DNA of 64,000 bases from Entomortierella parvispora E1425 (GCA_020891255.1 BQFW01000012.1:1612001-1676000), one strand, 5' to 3'; positions 35,426 through 47,311 are shown, numbered from the stretch's first letter. Notes: a model not told the origin generated them from the sequence alone. Numbers and translations: made by a program.

Positions 35426-36916
35426 CTAGCACAACGCTTCCTTGGTCGACACTGGGATCTGAGAACGAGTGTTGGGGAGTGGTGGCTCCTTGATGATACT
35501 GACGGAACGGACAAAATCAAAGATGACAAAGTTCAAAGCTCCTCCAGGGACGGCAAGGATCGCCCTGGCTTTGGTGCCTGCAAAGAACTTCATAAAGCCC
35601 TCCTTGCGCCAAATCTCAACAAACACATCCATCCACCTCAATGGCGGCAGTGGCGCCTTGGACAAAGTGCTGCCCGGTAGCTGCAGCCTCTGCTCAGTCT
35701 GGATTCTTGTCTTGACCATGTCACTTGGTGATGAGATCAGAACACCAGTAAGAGACGCAATACTACCAGCGATCGACGAGATAAGCAATTGATCCAATTC
35801 TGGTGGTGGGAAAGGTGCTGAACTTGACGGTTGCTGAGCCCTCACCCATTGGATACCATTTTTGACCCAGACCTTGGACGTCTCATACGCGGGGAAATAG
35901 GCGGCAAAGAATGGAACCGTTGACATCAAAGTGGCAACATAGCCCCTGAACAAGAATCGAACGCCCTCCTGCTTGTATTGGAGCTTAAGGGACTCTGAAA
36001 TAGGCATGGGTTGTGTTGGCGTCAAGGTTGGCAGTTTGGCGGTTAAAGAGGTTGGGCCGGGAACAAGGGGTGTAGCCACAGTGGCGGCAGTAGCGGCGGC
36101 AGCCGCGGGGACAATATTTCCTTGAGCACCTGCCTTTGCGATGGTGATCTGTTGCGAAACCTATGGGCAAAGTGAGAAAAAGTAGAGAGTGTTAGCCCAT
36201 ACATAGACTAGCTAGGGAGCCCTTGTGAAGCCGGGAGGAGAGGCAGTCGACCGTTCAATTGTTGATGCCCAATGCGCACAATTGCGCTTTGCCCTGCAGC
36301 GAGCCAAATATGGCTCATCTTCCGCGATGACATGATCTTCGCCTGGACTGAGCACTGTGTTTATTCGTTTTGGATCGGATGGACACTCTGTCCTCCCGTG
36401 TTCTTCCACGACCCTGCCAGTCCAAACACTTGCTTGATCCCGCACCCCAAACTCGGACAAGTCCACATGAGTGACTCGACGCTGAGAACAGTAAAGCCCT
36501 CTTACCATGTCAAAGGGAACCACAAAGAACGTAGTTACGACTGCGGAGAACATTCCAATGGCACTGCTGAGGACACTAGGGTTCTTGAGGACCTGGAGTC
36601 CAAAGTGATCGTGCTGCTTGACTTGTTGAAGAGTGTAGTCGTAGGTCGCAAACTGGAGGATCTTTGTCGTTGTGAGACCCAAACTGAAGACGGTGACGCC
36701 AGCAAAGAGGGCACGGAAGCCGTTCTTTTGCTGCACATCCTTGATGACTGTAAAGATGGAGGACGAGACGGGGACTGATGATTTGCGCTGCTGCAGGATT
36801 CTGACAGTGCGCATGGGGTAGAAGGCGAGGATTGGAGGGACATTGAGGATGGTGCCGTAGAAGTAGTATTTTTGAAAGTCGATCTTTGCCGGATCGAGCC
36901 CGGCGGTTGGGGGCAT
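35426..36916 (-). CDS. Mitochondrial carrier (SLC25), SLC25A44-like (381 aa); exons 36506-36916 and 35426-36160
   Basis: Three carrier repeats with signatures YPMRTVRILQQ, VPFDM|VSQQ and SPSDMVKTRIQ; GFRALFAG, EGVRFLFRGY, EGFMKFFAG. The degenerate first and second signatures resemble SLC25A44. Confidence 0.85.
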
Positions 36917-37529
36917 GATGGCAGTGAGAGAGAGATGAAAAGATGAAAGAGTGGAGAGGATGCGGAAGCTGATCAGGAGAGAAGAGGAAGAGAGGAATGG
37001 GGGAGAAAGAGAAAAAGGCGAGAGCGATAAGGTTGAAGACTCGAGGCAAAAAAGTTTCGAGCGCAGCCAGGAACGAGGGTGGGGTGGAGGGGGGGCCGGT
37101 CGGTCCGTAAGTCCCTCAACACAGCCATTCAGTCACCCTGAGCCATCAAGCGGATGTGAGTAATCGAGAACAAGGGGGGGCGAGAGGGAGAGAAGAGGAA
37201 AGAGCAATCTCCATCCATCACGTTGTCCAATGCGTCAAATGCGTCGGGATGCCTTCTTTTGGGCGATCGCTTCTTTTTTTTCTCGTGCCTGAAGAACCGA
37301 TTTATCCGCTCGTCGTCACGTTTTTTATTCAGAATACTTTTATTCAATAACAAGATAACAAACCTCCAATACTTTATTCAAGATTTTCGATCTCGCCAAC
37401 AAAGGAACTGCTTCATCTTCGCCCTCTTCGCGCTTTTGACATTGTCATCACCATTATCGTCACCATCATTCCTCCATCCAACTAAGCCAGACTCAGGAGG
37501 CTCATTGACCACAGGAAGAACTTTCTAGA

Positions 37530-40500
37530 ATGGCATCGCAGGCGAGGCCATCCACACATCGCACCCTAGACTGGGATGCAATCACGCCGCTCTCGGAACG
37601 ACAACGACAAGGCGTGCTCGAACTCAAGGATGCATGCGCAGACCTGCCCTTGCCTTCTAATGCAAGTTTCGTTCCCTTCATCAATGTCGCTACTCGCCGT
37701 CTTGAAGATTACAGCGAATAGCATGTCGTGGCCTTGGACTTACATATACCCCCTTTGGTGCGTTCACTATTATTAGTTGGCTGCAGAGTTCAGTTCTCCT
37801 CTGCCTTTCAGCAAGTCAGGAAGTACAGCCGGGGACTCGCCGCAGCCCAATTCATCATTGGGAGTCAAGCAACCTGGACAGTCTCAGCACCTTATGCCTT
37901 CACCATCATTGTCTCCGAGATCCATCCCAGGAAAGGAACCGAGCACCCTTCCACGCTCCAGGCTAGGAAGCATTGCTCCGATCGACGGGGTCACAGTGGA
38001 AGATCACGAAGCAGAGCAGATTAAGCCCATTGAGACAACACAACAGTTTTTGGATTGGTTTTCGGGAATCGAAGGCAAGATGGAACGTGATCAGGAGGAC
38101 GTTTACAGGAACTACCTGGCCGTTGTCATCATGTACAAAGAAGCATGCGACGGATTCTTGGCCCAGATTGACGAAACGTCTGGATGCTTCAAAAGCCTCG
38201 AAGGTCACTATGCCTTTGTGGAGGAAAAGACGCGTGCACTTCAAGTCGCTTGTGAAAACTTGCTGTTGGAGCAGGTAAAAGACGAGCCTATATGAACTCG
38301 ATCTCGATGACGATTCTTTCTTGAAGACTAACTGTTACTTTGGTCTTGTTGATATCTTTCAGACCAATTTGCAAACCCTTGCAGATCTCATGGCCTCGAA
38401 ACTCTCTTACTTTCACCAGCTGGAGGCGGTTACCCGTCTGTTCAACGCTCCAGGAGATGATGTGTGCCTTCGCCCTGAATTTGCTCCGATGCTCAAAAAA
38501 CTTGACGAATGCCTGACCTACGTTCAAGAAAACGTAGGATATATATGTCCATGATGCTAGCTTGCCAGGGCAGAGTACCGACGTACTAATTCATTGACCT
38601 CACTCTCGGTACTATAGCTCAAATATAAGGACTCGGAACTCTATCAGATGCGTTTCCGGCAATGCATGACGCGTGGAATGACCCTCATCAAGATGCACCT
38701 GATCACGAAATTGCGGGCATTGAGTCTTGAAGTCAACTCAAAGAAGCCTGTTCTCGCAAAGGGAGAGTCTCTGAAGCCCGCCATGGTAACGGCGCTATTC
38801 TACGTCAAGTTTAGGACGATTGCGCCACCTTTGAAGACCTTGGTTGCAGAGCTGGAAAGCAGATGTGTCTCTCATAAGGAGTAAGCCTTGTGCTGGGAAC
38901 AAAAACCTCAATGTGCCGTCTTGCTGCCCTTATTAACTGCTTCTTTAATTCAATTCTAGGTACAACTCGCTTTTAAACGACTGCTATAATTGCTACTTTT
39001 CGGTTCGCCAACAACACCTCGCACCCATGATTGTTTCCAAAATTCAAGAGATGGGACCCAGTCAAAAGGATAAGCTCATGTTTGTAAGTGCAGTAGCTAG
39101 ACTTTTATCGCTCAGCAGGTCGAGATCTCTTTTTTATTTAACTTCGTCATGTTGCGTTTGTTCAAATACTCGACTAGGCTCGTAATGGACTGGCATATCT
39201 GACTTCAGTCTGCATGGACGAGTACTCGCTCTTCTACAACTTTTTCAACACCGGAGAGAACGAGCTATAGTAAGGATTTTGCTATGGAAAATTTGGAATT
39301 GTTCATCACTGCAGCTGGACTAACGGCGTTTACAATTAATACTTTGTAGTGGTTATTTGGATACTCTCATTGGATACCTGTACGACTACCTGCGACCAAG
39401 GATCATTCACGAGAACAAGATCGATATCCTGTCGGAATTGTGCGTGGTCATGAATATTCAACAATCCGACATTCCCAGTAAGTGATACACGAATGGTCTC
39501 GTGAGTTTACCTCCTTGAATGAACTTGGACTAACCCTGTTCAATGATAACATAGTTGATGAGAATTCGCACCTGGCGTTTGGATATCTGATCCGAAATAT
39601 GTTGCAGGACACTCAGCAGCGTCTAGTATACCGTGCCCAGGCGTTCATTCGATCTGAAATCCAAAACTTCAAGCCTACCCCAAAGATGCTCGATTATCCA
39701 GCAAACCTTCAAGGTAAAATCTTTTCCTCATATACCGCATTTTTCTCGCGTGCGAGTCACTAACATTATCATCATGTAGCCCCTCCCCCCCTTCCTTCAG
39801 GTTCCGAGGTGCCTTCGAGATCAGTCTCCTCGCAACACATACAAAGGCCGTCCGATGCGGAAAGTATTGCAGAATCCATTCCCGAAGTCTCGTCACCGAC
39901 ACCGTCTCTTGCGGGAAGCATCAACGGCGGCTACTTCTCTTCACCCACGTTACAGCAGTTTGATGAGTCTGCAGAGATGTATCACGGATGGTTCCCGACA
40001 TTACAACGGACTCTTTGGCTGTTAACAAAGATTTACAAGTGTGTGGACCAAACTATCTTTGACGATCTCTCTCAAGAAGCGCTCTCCAAATGTCTGTTGT
40101 CTTTGACCCAAGCGTCGACCCTTATCCGCGAGACGAAAGATCAAGTCGATGGACGTCTGTTTTTGATCAAGCATCTATTGATCCTGAAGGAGCAGATTGC
40201 ACCTTTTGAAGGCAACTTTGTTCATTCGACCAAAGAAGTTGACTTTACGAGGATGACGGATGCCATTACGACATTATTCCGCGACCGGACCAACCTACTT
40301 AGTCTTGGATCCTGGTTTGGAGCCGTTTCCCAGACGATCACGCCCACTCTTGTGGACAGCCATTTGGACGCCAGACAGGAGATTGACCGTGATTTGAAGC
40401 TTGTCTGCGAAACATTTATTCTCGAGATGGGCAAATCTGCAGTACACTGTCTAGCGGAATTCATGAACAAGGTCGCAGGATTCCGGATTCGGGCTGGCGT

Positions 40501-41030
40501 GGAGGCCCAACGAGAGCAAGACCCCTCAGCAAACAGCGGACTGATGCGACGACCCCCCATGCTTCTAAAGGACAAGCCATTTGCAAGACCAGAAGAACTC
40601 CAGAGGATTATGGTCGACTTCAAGGATACGGTACCTCCCCGGATTCAGTGGACCGTGCGAAAGTTGTCAACATACTTGAAGGACCCGAATACAGAGATGA
40701 TCCTGATGCGACCCATCCAGGTATAGTTGTTGTGCTATATGGATTCTTCATTGCTGCCGATGCTGAATCGAATGATCAAGTCTAATCTGTGTCTCGTGCA
40801 TCCCATAGTCCTTCATCCTCGAGTCGTACCAATCATTCTATGATACGATCCTGTATGAATATGACCCTGCTTTGACGCACAAGGCTTCCCAAACTCCCGA
40901 AGGCCATCGCAGTATCAAGCATGCTGGGATGCAATGTCTTGAGCCGACTGAAAAGATTGCGGCCTGGGTTACAGGCCTAGTCCGCAGCGAACTTAAGAAG
41001 AATAATCCCGATTTTGACATGGATGCATAG
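37530..41030 (+). CDS. COG3: Conserved oligomeric Golgi complex subunit 3 (Sec34), about 10 exons
   Basis: IETTQQFLDWF, YFHQLEAVTRLFNAPG, KLDECLTYV, YKDSELYQMRFRQCMTRGMTLIK, LFYVKFR, QRLVYRAQAFIRSEI, WFPTLQRTLWLLTKIY, DGRLFLIKHLLILKEQIAPF. Confidence 0.92.
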
Positions 41031-41331
41031 ACTGATGACTATCCGCCTCCAATAAAGATCCGTGTCATCCCTCCCAGTTTGAAGAGTGCGCCCTTCTGCG
41101 CCCAGTCCCAAAACCATTTAGATCGTCCACGGAAAGCAAAAACAGGCCCGTGAGCGGCGCAGCCCCTAACGGCGCAATGACCCATTTTTCAGAACACATT
41201 TTTTTTCCTCCCGTTGTGTTTTCCCTTGCCCTTTCTCGTTCTTTCTTTCTTTCTCTCTCCATCTTGCAGACTTGTCCCCTCTTCCCAACCTTTTCTTTCT
41301 ACTTTCCCCCTCTTCCTCCCTCCCGTTTCTG

Positions 41332-43509
41332 ATGGAAGACATGGAACGTACTAGCGTCATTGACATTCCGGAGCTGGTGTCCATCATCGCCTCATATCTC
41401 TCCCCTCATGATTTGACGTTCTGTGTGCGTGTGAACTCGACTTGGGCCAACAACCTTCGACCGTTTCTGTACGAAAACATCAAGGTTGTCGACTTTGACC
41501 TCTACTCGCACAGGACTCGACGGGCGATGCGGTTCCCTCTGCCAGACCTCTGGTCCAATACGTGCGCTGCTGGGGAGACACGGTCAAAGGAAATGAACTT
41601 GTTAAACTTCAAGATGTTCCACGGCCAAGACAATGATGAGCCGACTCGAGAAGATGCAGCAAAGGACATAGGGGGGAATACAAAGCCACAGCTACACTCA
41701 CATCCATCACGAGAACAGGGAAGGTCGCAAGAGTGGGCGAGGGTACAAACGCGGGCACAGGAGCTGCCAAAAGATGATGCGGATTCAGCTACACAGACAA
41801 GGACGACGACGACGATGGAAAGCAAAGATGAAAAGGATACCCCTATGCTGCTCTTCCCGAATCTACTGCAGTCACCTCTGACCCTCGATGCTGATTTGAC
41901 GAGGCCGACTGGGAGCTACTCCAAGGCTGCAGAGATGTTTCAACGACCTGTTGGCTATGGAGGCCACTACGTACAAAAGTATGGACAATTCATTCGCACC
42001 TTGACAGTCGCCCACCCTCACTCCCTGATCTATGTTGGCAAGCACTGCAGAAACCTCGTAGAACTCTCAGTCTACAACTGGATGTCACTCGACAAGCTCT
42101 GTCGCTTGCAACTCGAACCAAAATTGGCTGAACGCTGGCACAATTTTTGGATATCGAGGAACCAAGAAAAGATGCTTCAGATATGGATCCAGGTCCTGGA
42201 GAGGAACCCCTGCCTGAAAGTGGTGAGACTGGAGCTGAGTTTGGTGCCCATCGGAGGATTGACGCGGCTGGCGATGGTGTTGTCGAAACTTGAACATCTT
42301 CAGGAAATTGAGGTCTTTGATTCAGGAGTGGACCGCAGGGTTGAAGTCATCTTGGATCATTGCCCCTCTATCAAAAAGTTGACATGGACAAAGATTGAGG
42401 GCAAGAGCAAGGTGGCGCTCGGCAGGACATATGGCGAGCGACAAAAACAGAATGCATCTCTCTTTGGAAGGACACGGATCTGGAGGGGCTACCTGAACGA
42501 ACAACCTCAGGGCGAAGAAGAACTCGGGGGCAACAGTCGACCTACTGGGATCCAAGATCTAGACCTGCATGGACTCTCGCTGATGCCTGAAGCCAACATT
42601 AGGCGGCTCATGGCCCGGATGCCACAGTTGAAAAGTCTGCGGGGACCCAAGTGCTATCGGACTTTACGCGCTTTGGCGCACGCAGTAAGCTCTCTAACGA
42701 CTGAAGCAGGGGCCCCCCTCTGTCCTTTACTGGAACGTCTGGAGTTGACATGCACTCAAAGACTAGAAACCGTCCCTGTGTCAGACCTCATTTCGCAATT
42801 CAGGAAGTGCATCAATTTCACTCGTCTTCGATTTTTCAATATGCCAGGTGAGTGTGAGGATCTAGTTTACTTTCATGAAGTGGAAGTGAAGCAGCGATTG
42901 CTAGAATATGAGGAGCATACGGGGGTAGTATCATTCCCCAGTCAACGGATGCAGTTGTCTGTGGCGAGAGAATGTAAGAACCTTCGGATCCTCGATCTCG
43001 CATCACGTCCCATGTCTGTTCAGGACTATCTGTCCATACAATGGTCCTGTCAAGGTTCTCTGGTCAAACTTCGGATTAGCGTCTGCTACGATGCTCAAAT
43101 TGCTTATTCTTTAAGGCTATTGCTGTCACCGTCTCCTTCTCCTTCTTCCCCCACTTGCTCTTCTCCTTCCTCTTCCCCTTCCTCTTCTTCTTCAGAGTCA
43201 GAGTCAGAATTGCCAGCAACAGGATGGCCTGTTGTCGAATTCGGATCGGCCTCGGTGGTCAAGGGAAGGGAGCCAGTCTTGGACAGGATCGGAATCACCG
43301 AGGAGGAACGGGCTGCGATACAGATGCATATTTTCAATCACTTGATGCCCCTTGTCCGACTCGAGAAGCTTCATTTGTGCAAGGGTATGTGGAATGAGAA
43401 GCAACCCAACTTTTCTTTTGTCATGGATCCAGAGGCAGCCAAGCAACTCCAAAGACTGAGATGGTTGAATGAATTGCTGGTTCACAATGTGCGCCATGCG
43501 CTTGGCTAA
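41332..43509 (+). CDS. F-box/LRR-like protein, intronless (tandem copy 1)
   Basis: SVIDIPELVSIIASYLSPHDLTFCVRVNSTW (F-box); YGQFIRTL, CRNLVEL, ERNPCLKVVRL, LEHLQEIEV, CPLLERLEL, CKNLRILDL, WSCQGSLVKLRI. First plausible ATG at 41332. Confidence 0.85.
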   Translation: MEDMERTSVIDIPELVSIIASYLSPHDLTFCVRVNSTWANNLRPFLYENIKVVDFDLYSHRTRRAMRFPLPDLWSNTCAAGETRSKEMNLLNFKMFHGQDNDEPTREDAAKDIGGNTKPQLHSHPSREQGRSQEWARVQTRAQELPKDDADSATQTRTTTTMESKDEKDTPMLLFPNLLQSPLTLDADLTRPTGSYSKAAEMFQRPVGYGGHYVQKYGQFIRTLTVAHPHSLIYVGKHCRNLVELSVYNWMSLDKLCRLQLEPKLAERWHNFWISRNQEKMLQIWIQVLERNPCLKVVRLELSLVPIGGLTRLAMVLSKLEHLQEIEVFDSGVDRRVEVILDHCPSIKKLTWTKIEGKSKVALGRTYGERQKQNASLFGRTRIWRGYLNEQPQGEEELGGNSRPTGIQDLDLHGLSLMPEANIRRLMARMPQLKSLRGPKCYRTLRALAHAVSSLTTEAGAPLCPLLERLELTCTQRLETVPVSDLISQFRKCINFTRLRFFNMPGECEDLVYFHEVEVKQRLLEYEEHTGVVSFPSQRMQLSVARECKNLRILDLASRPMSVQDYLSIQWSCQGSLVKLRISVCYDAQIAYSLRLLLSPSPSPSSPTCSSPSSSPSSSSSESESELPATGWPVVEFGSASVVKGREPVLDRIGITEEERAAIQMHIFNHLMPLVRLEKLHLCKGMWNEKQPNFSFVMDPEAAKQLQRLRWLNELLVHNVRHALG

Positions 43510-43798
43510 GAAGAGAAAGAGGAACTGCGTCCGCCTCCCTCTTCTCAACACGAAACAAAACAACAATAAAAACAATGGGCCACTTTGCCACCAATGACCA
43601 AATGATAAAAGGAATCGGTGGCAATGCGGCACTACCACTTTGACCATTCGATTACCGTACAACTGCCCTTTCACTCTTTTCTTTTCTATTCTTCTTCAAC
43701 CCATGCACTCATCCACTCTTGAATCACCTCTTGCTCTCTCAATATCACTCCCTGCCATCTTTGTATTTTTGACTCGCTTTTTTTTTTTACTTTTGAAC

Positions 43799-45943
43799 AT
43801 GCACTGCGTCAGTGTGGTTGATATTCCAGAACTGGCCTCTGTGGTAGCCTCCTGGCTTTCGTCTCACGACCTTACAGTCTGTGTCCGCGTCAACAAGAAC
43901 TGGTCTGAAGGTTTTCTGCCTTTTCTCTACCAAGACATCAAGGTGTATGATTTTGACCTTTATTCACATCGGTCATGTCGGGTCCCCCGACTCCCACTAT
44001 TGGATCTCTGGTCTGTTGATCGCGATCCGCAAAACATTAGTGAATCTCGTCTAGCCGAGATGAACATGCTGGATTTCAAGGTCTTTCAAGTCGACAAGAG
44101 AACGGCACCAGAGCAGGACAGCGTCAGGCCTCAGTCTCCACAGGAAGATCAAGAACAGTCGGGATCAGGACAGTCTATCCACCCAAAGGAAAACCTGGAG
44201 AAGGCAACAAGAGTTGTTTCGAGTATAGATGACGCCGCCAATCCTTCCAGGAAGATCAGTGGATCCAAACGTTTGGACACGGAGGACGCAAACACAGACC
44301 ACACTTCTCCACAACTATTGTTTCCAAACTTGAAGCTCTCTCCATTGTCCCTTGGGTTCGATATGACGCCCCCGGTCGGGAGCTTCTCCAGGGCTTTGGA
44401 ACAATACAAACGACCCGTTGGCTACGGTGGGCAGTTTGTGCACAAGTACGGGCGGTTCATCCAAACACTGACAGTGGCTCAACCGCATTCGCTTCAATAC
44501 CTTGGCCCCCATTGCAGGAACCTCCGAGAACTGTCTGTCTACAACTGGTGCTCGCCAGAACTGGTGTTCCAGAACGGCAGGTTTCCTTCTTTCCTTGAGA
44601 TGCCCAACAACAATTTGTTCCAGAACGGCAGGTTTCCTTCTTTCCTTGGGATACCCAACAATATCAATTGGGACATTTTCCGAGTTTCCAAAGGCCAAAG
44701 GCGCATGCTTCGTGTTTGGATAGGAGTCTTGAAGAGGAACCCTCATTTGCGCGTCGTACGGTTCGAGTTGAATCTTATCCCTGTCGGGGGTTTGGCCAAG
44801 TTTGCCTCGGCTCTTTCGAAACTGAAGTACTTGGAAGAGATTGAAGTCTTTGACCCGAACGTGGACAGAAGGATTGAGGTGCTCTTGGACCATTGTCCTG
44901 ACGTCCCCAAACTCACTTGGTCTTTTTCTGGACACCGTGACAAGACATCCATAAGGAGGAGAGACGATGCTAGCGGTCGTCAACGCAAAGCGCCCATCCA
45001 TGGCAGGAGTAGAATTAGGAGACCATTGAGCGAGAAACTGACTAGCGAGGAGCTTGGTGGGAGCAGGCGGCCGACTCGGATTCAAACCTTGGACTTGCGG
45101 GACCTACCAAGAACCATCAGTGAATTGGATCTCCGTCGTGTTCTGACTCGAATGCCTCTGCTGAAATGTCTTTGGGTTCCTATCCGGCACTTGACTCGCC
45201 GTCGACTGGCGTCGGCCATGGAAGGGGTCTCTGGTGTGACATCCGAGATCAACTGTCCTTTGTTGACGCGGCTCGAGATCTCTTTCAACGAGCACTCCAG
45301 CAACATGAATTTCCAACCAATGGACCAGCTCTTGAACGTCTGCCCGCAACTGACCAGCCTTGGACTCTACAACATGCAGTGTGAGTTTGACCCTGGCGAG
45401 CACTTTCGGCGGACAAGTCTCCGTCTCCACAATCAAATACTAGAATATGAGGAACGTTTGCCGTCGGCCTGTCTGATCACCCGAGGACATCAACTGTACC
45501 TGACAATGTTGTTTCCGAACCTGAGGGTCCTCGACTTGGGAACACGCCCTGTTCATCTGAACGACTTTTTCCGGATGGGATGGCATTGCAAGGATACATT
45601 GGTCCAACTGACCCTGAGTCTCTGTTGCGACCAGAGCGATGCCCAAGCATACAAGCGAACCATTACCTCTACCTCTGGCGCCCTAGTGTCGAATGAGGTC
45701 CTACCCGAGTCCTCTGCAACACAGCCGATCCGCAATGACGATCGAGGTGTTTTACAAACCCGTATTTTTGAAAGCCTCCTGCCCCTGGCTCGACTCGAAA
45801 AGCTTCGCCTGCCTAAAGGACTCTGGAATGAAAAGACGACCAGCTTCCCTTTTGTGATCAACACAGAAGCTATCATTCAGATCCGGAAACTCAGACGTTT
45901 GACCGAGCTGGTTGTTCATTCTGTTCAGTACCCTCTTCATTGA
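43799..45943 (+). CDS. F-box/LRR-like protein, intronless (tandem copy 2)
   Basis: SVVDIPELASVVASWLSSHDLTVCVRVNKNW (F-box); colinear with copy 1 (DFDLYSHR, PQLLFPNL..SPL, RPVGYGG..V.KYG.FI.TLTVA.PHSL, FDPNVDRRIEVLLDHCP, WHCKDTLVQL, RLEKL.L.KG.WNEK). Confidence 0.85.
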   Translation: MHCVSVVDIPELASVVASWLSSHDLTVCVRVNKNWSEGFLPFLYQDIKVYDFDLYSHRSCRVPRLPLLDLWSVDRDPQNISESRLAEMNMLDFKVFQVDKRTAPEQDSVRPQSPQEDQEQSGSGQSIHPKENLEKATRVVSSIDDAANPSRKISGSKRLDTEDANTDHTSPQLLFPNLKLSPLSLGFDMTPPVGSFSRALEQYKRPVGYGGQFVHKYGRFIQTLTVAQPHSLQYLGPHCRNLRELSVYNWCSPELVFQNGRFPSFLEMPNNNLFQNGRFPSFLGIPNNINWDIFRVSKGQRRMLRVWIGVLKRNPHLRVVRFELNLIPVGGLAKFASALSKLKYLEEIEVFDPNVDRRIEVLLDHCPDVPKLTWSFSGHRDKTSIRRRDDASGRQRKAPIHGRSRIRRPLSEKLTSEELGGSRRPTRIQTLDLRDLPRTISELDLRRVLTRMPLLKCLWVPIRHLTRRRLASAMEGVSGVTSEINCPLLTRLEISFNEHSSNMNFQPMDQLLNVCPQLTSLGLYNMQCEFDPGEHFRRTSLRLHNQILEYEERLPSACLITRGHQLYLTMLFPNLRVLDLGTRPVHLNDFFRMGWHCKDTLVQLTLSLCCDQSDAQAYKRTITSTSGALVSNEVLPESSATQPIRNDDRGVLQTRIFESLLPLARLEKLRLPKGLWNEKTTSFPFVINTEAIIQIRKLRRLTELVVHSVQYPLH
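44567..44668 (+). repeat. 51-bp in-frame tandem duplication (17 aa) in F-box copy 2
   Basis: FQNGRFPSFLEMPNNNL / FQNGRFPSFLGIPNNIN; the DNA units are nearly identical. Confidence 0.9.
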
Positions 45944-46108
45944 AATCAACCATTGACGATCAAAGGAGAAAGAGTTTTGTAGAGAGGGTATCATGATACC
46001 ACAAGAGCATCATTTTTTTTATTTTCATTTGCAAAGAAATGGATCAAAAACAAAAGGACATTGAACGGAAAAAAATAGTAAGAAAAGAAAACGAATAAAA
46101 AAAGGAAT

Positions 46109-47311
46109 TTAAAGCGAGTTCTTGACAGCAGAAGCACGCTTGGCCATCTTCATGTTGGACTTGAAGCCCATCAATCCACCACCCCAAGCCTTACGAGCAG
46201 TCTCGTTCTTCTCGGTGTAGTTAGACTTGATAGCAGAGATCAAGGAAGCGAGCTCGGCCTTGTCCTCAGCCTTGGTCTCGGTGAAGGCCAAAGCAGTGGC
46301 GGTCTTCTTGTGAACAACAGTTCCAAGACGAGCCTTGCCCTTGACAATGCAGTAAGGGATGCCCATCTTGCGGCAAAGAGCGGGCAACCAGACAACAACC
46401 TCAATGGGGTCCACATCGTCAGCAATGACGACGAGGGAGGCCTTCTTGGCCTCCACCAAAGCGGTGATGTGGTTGATACCGTACTTGACTACGAAGGGCT
46501 TCTTGGACTCGGCCTTCTCACCCTTTTCAACCTGAGCAGCAGCAGCAGCGGTCAAACGCTCCTTCTTCTCCACACGGGTCTCGGGGCGGTACTTGTTGAC
46601 GAGCTTGAACAACTGGGTGGCAGTGTTCTTGTCCAAGACCTGGGTGAACTGGTTCAAAGCTGGGGGGACCTTGAGACGCTGGTTCAAGATCTTGCGCTGA
46701 CGCTGGAGGCGAACGTATTCGGGCCACTTGACATAGCGGGAAAGATCCTTGATGGGCTGGACATCCTGACCGACACCGAAGTTCTTGGGGGTCTTCTCGA
46801 TCAAGGGGTTAACAGGAGCCTTGGCAGCACCCTTCTTGGCAGCGGGGTAAGGGGCAGGGGCAACCTTCTTGGATGCGGACTTCTTTGCAGGGGCCTGCAT
46901 TGAATGATCCAACAAATCCAATTGAAAGAAAAAGAACAAGAACAAAAAAAAAAAAACGGTCAGGGTCAAAATCTGGTAAAAGGTCATTGAGAATAGAAAA
47001 TATGAAGTAAAGGGAAAAAAGCACTTGAGAAGGTGCAATATCCCTAGCTTCAGTCATTTCCAGGGCTCTAAGGAAAAGCTAGAGGAGCTTCTGATCAACT
47101 GTGAAAAAGACAGAGATCAAGAAAACTCGTAGCTATTCCACCAGGAACATGAACAGGCAGGAGGTCATGGGACAGGGTCAGAGAGATTGGAATCCAGATG
47201 AGATTCATCTGGATCCTAGGTCTGCAGAACAAAGTCGACGCTCGAGATTGCCGTCATGGAGAAAGAAAAGAAAAGACAACAAAGTGTCGCAGACAGGGTG
47301 CTTCATACCAT
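46109..47311 (-). CDS. RPL8: 60S ribosomal protein eL8 (L7a); exon 1 = ATG only (47309-47311), exon 2 46109-46894
   Basis: [95 protein letters not shown]|GTATGA donor and TGCAG acceptor. Confidence 0.96.
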
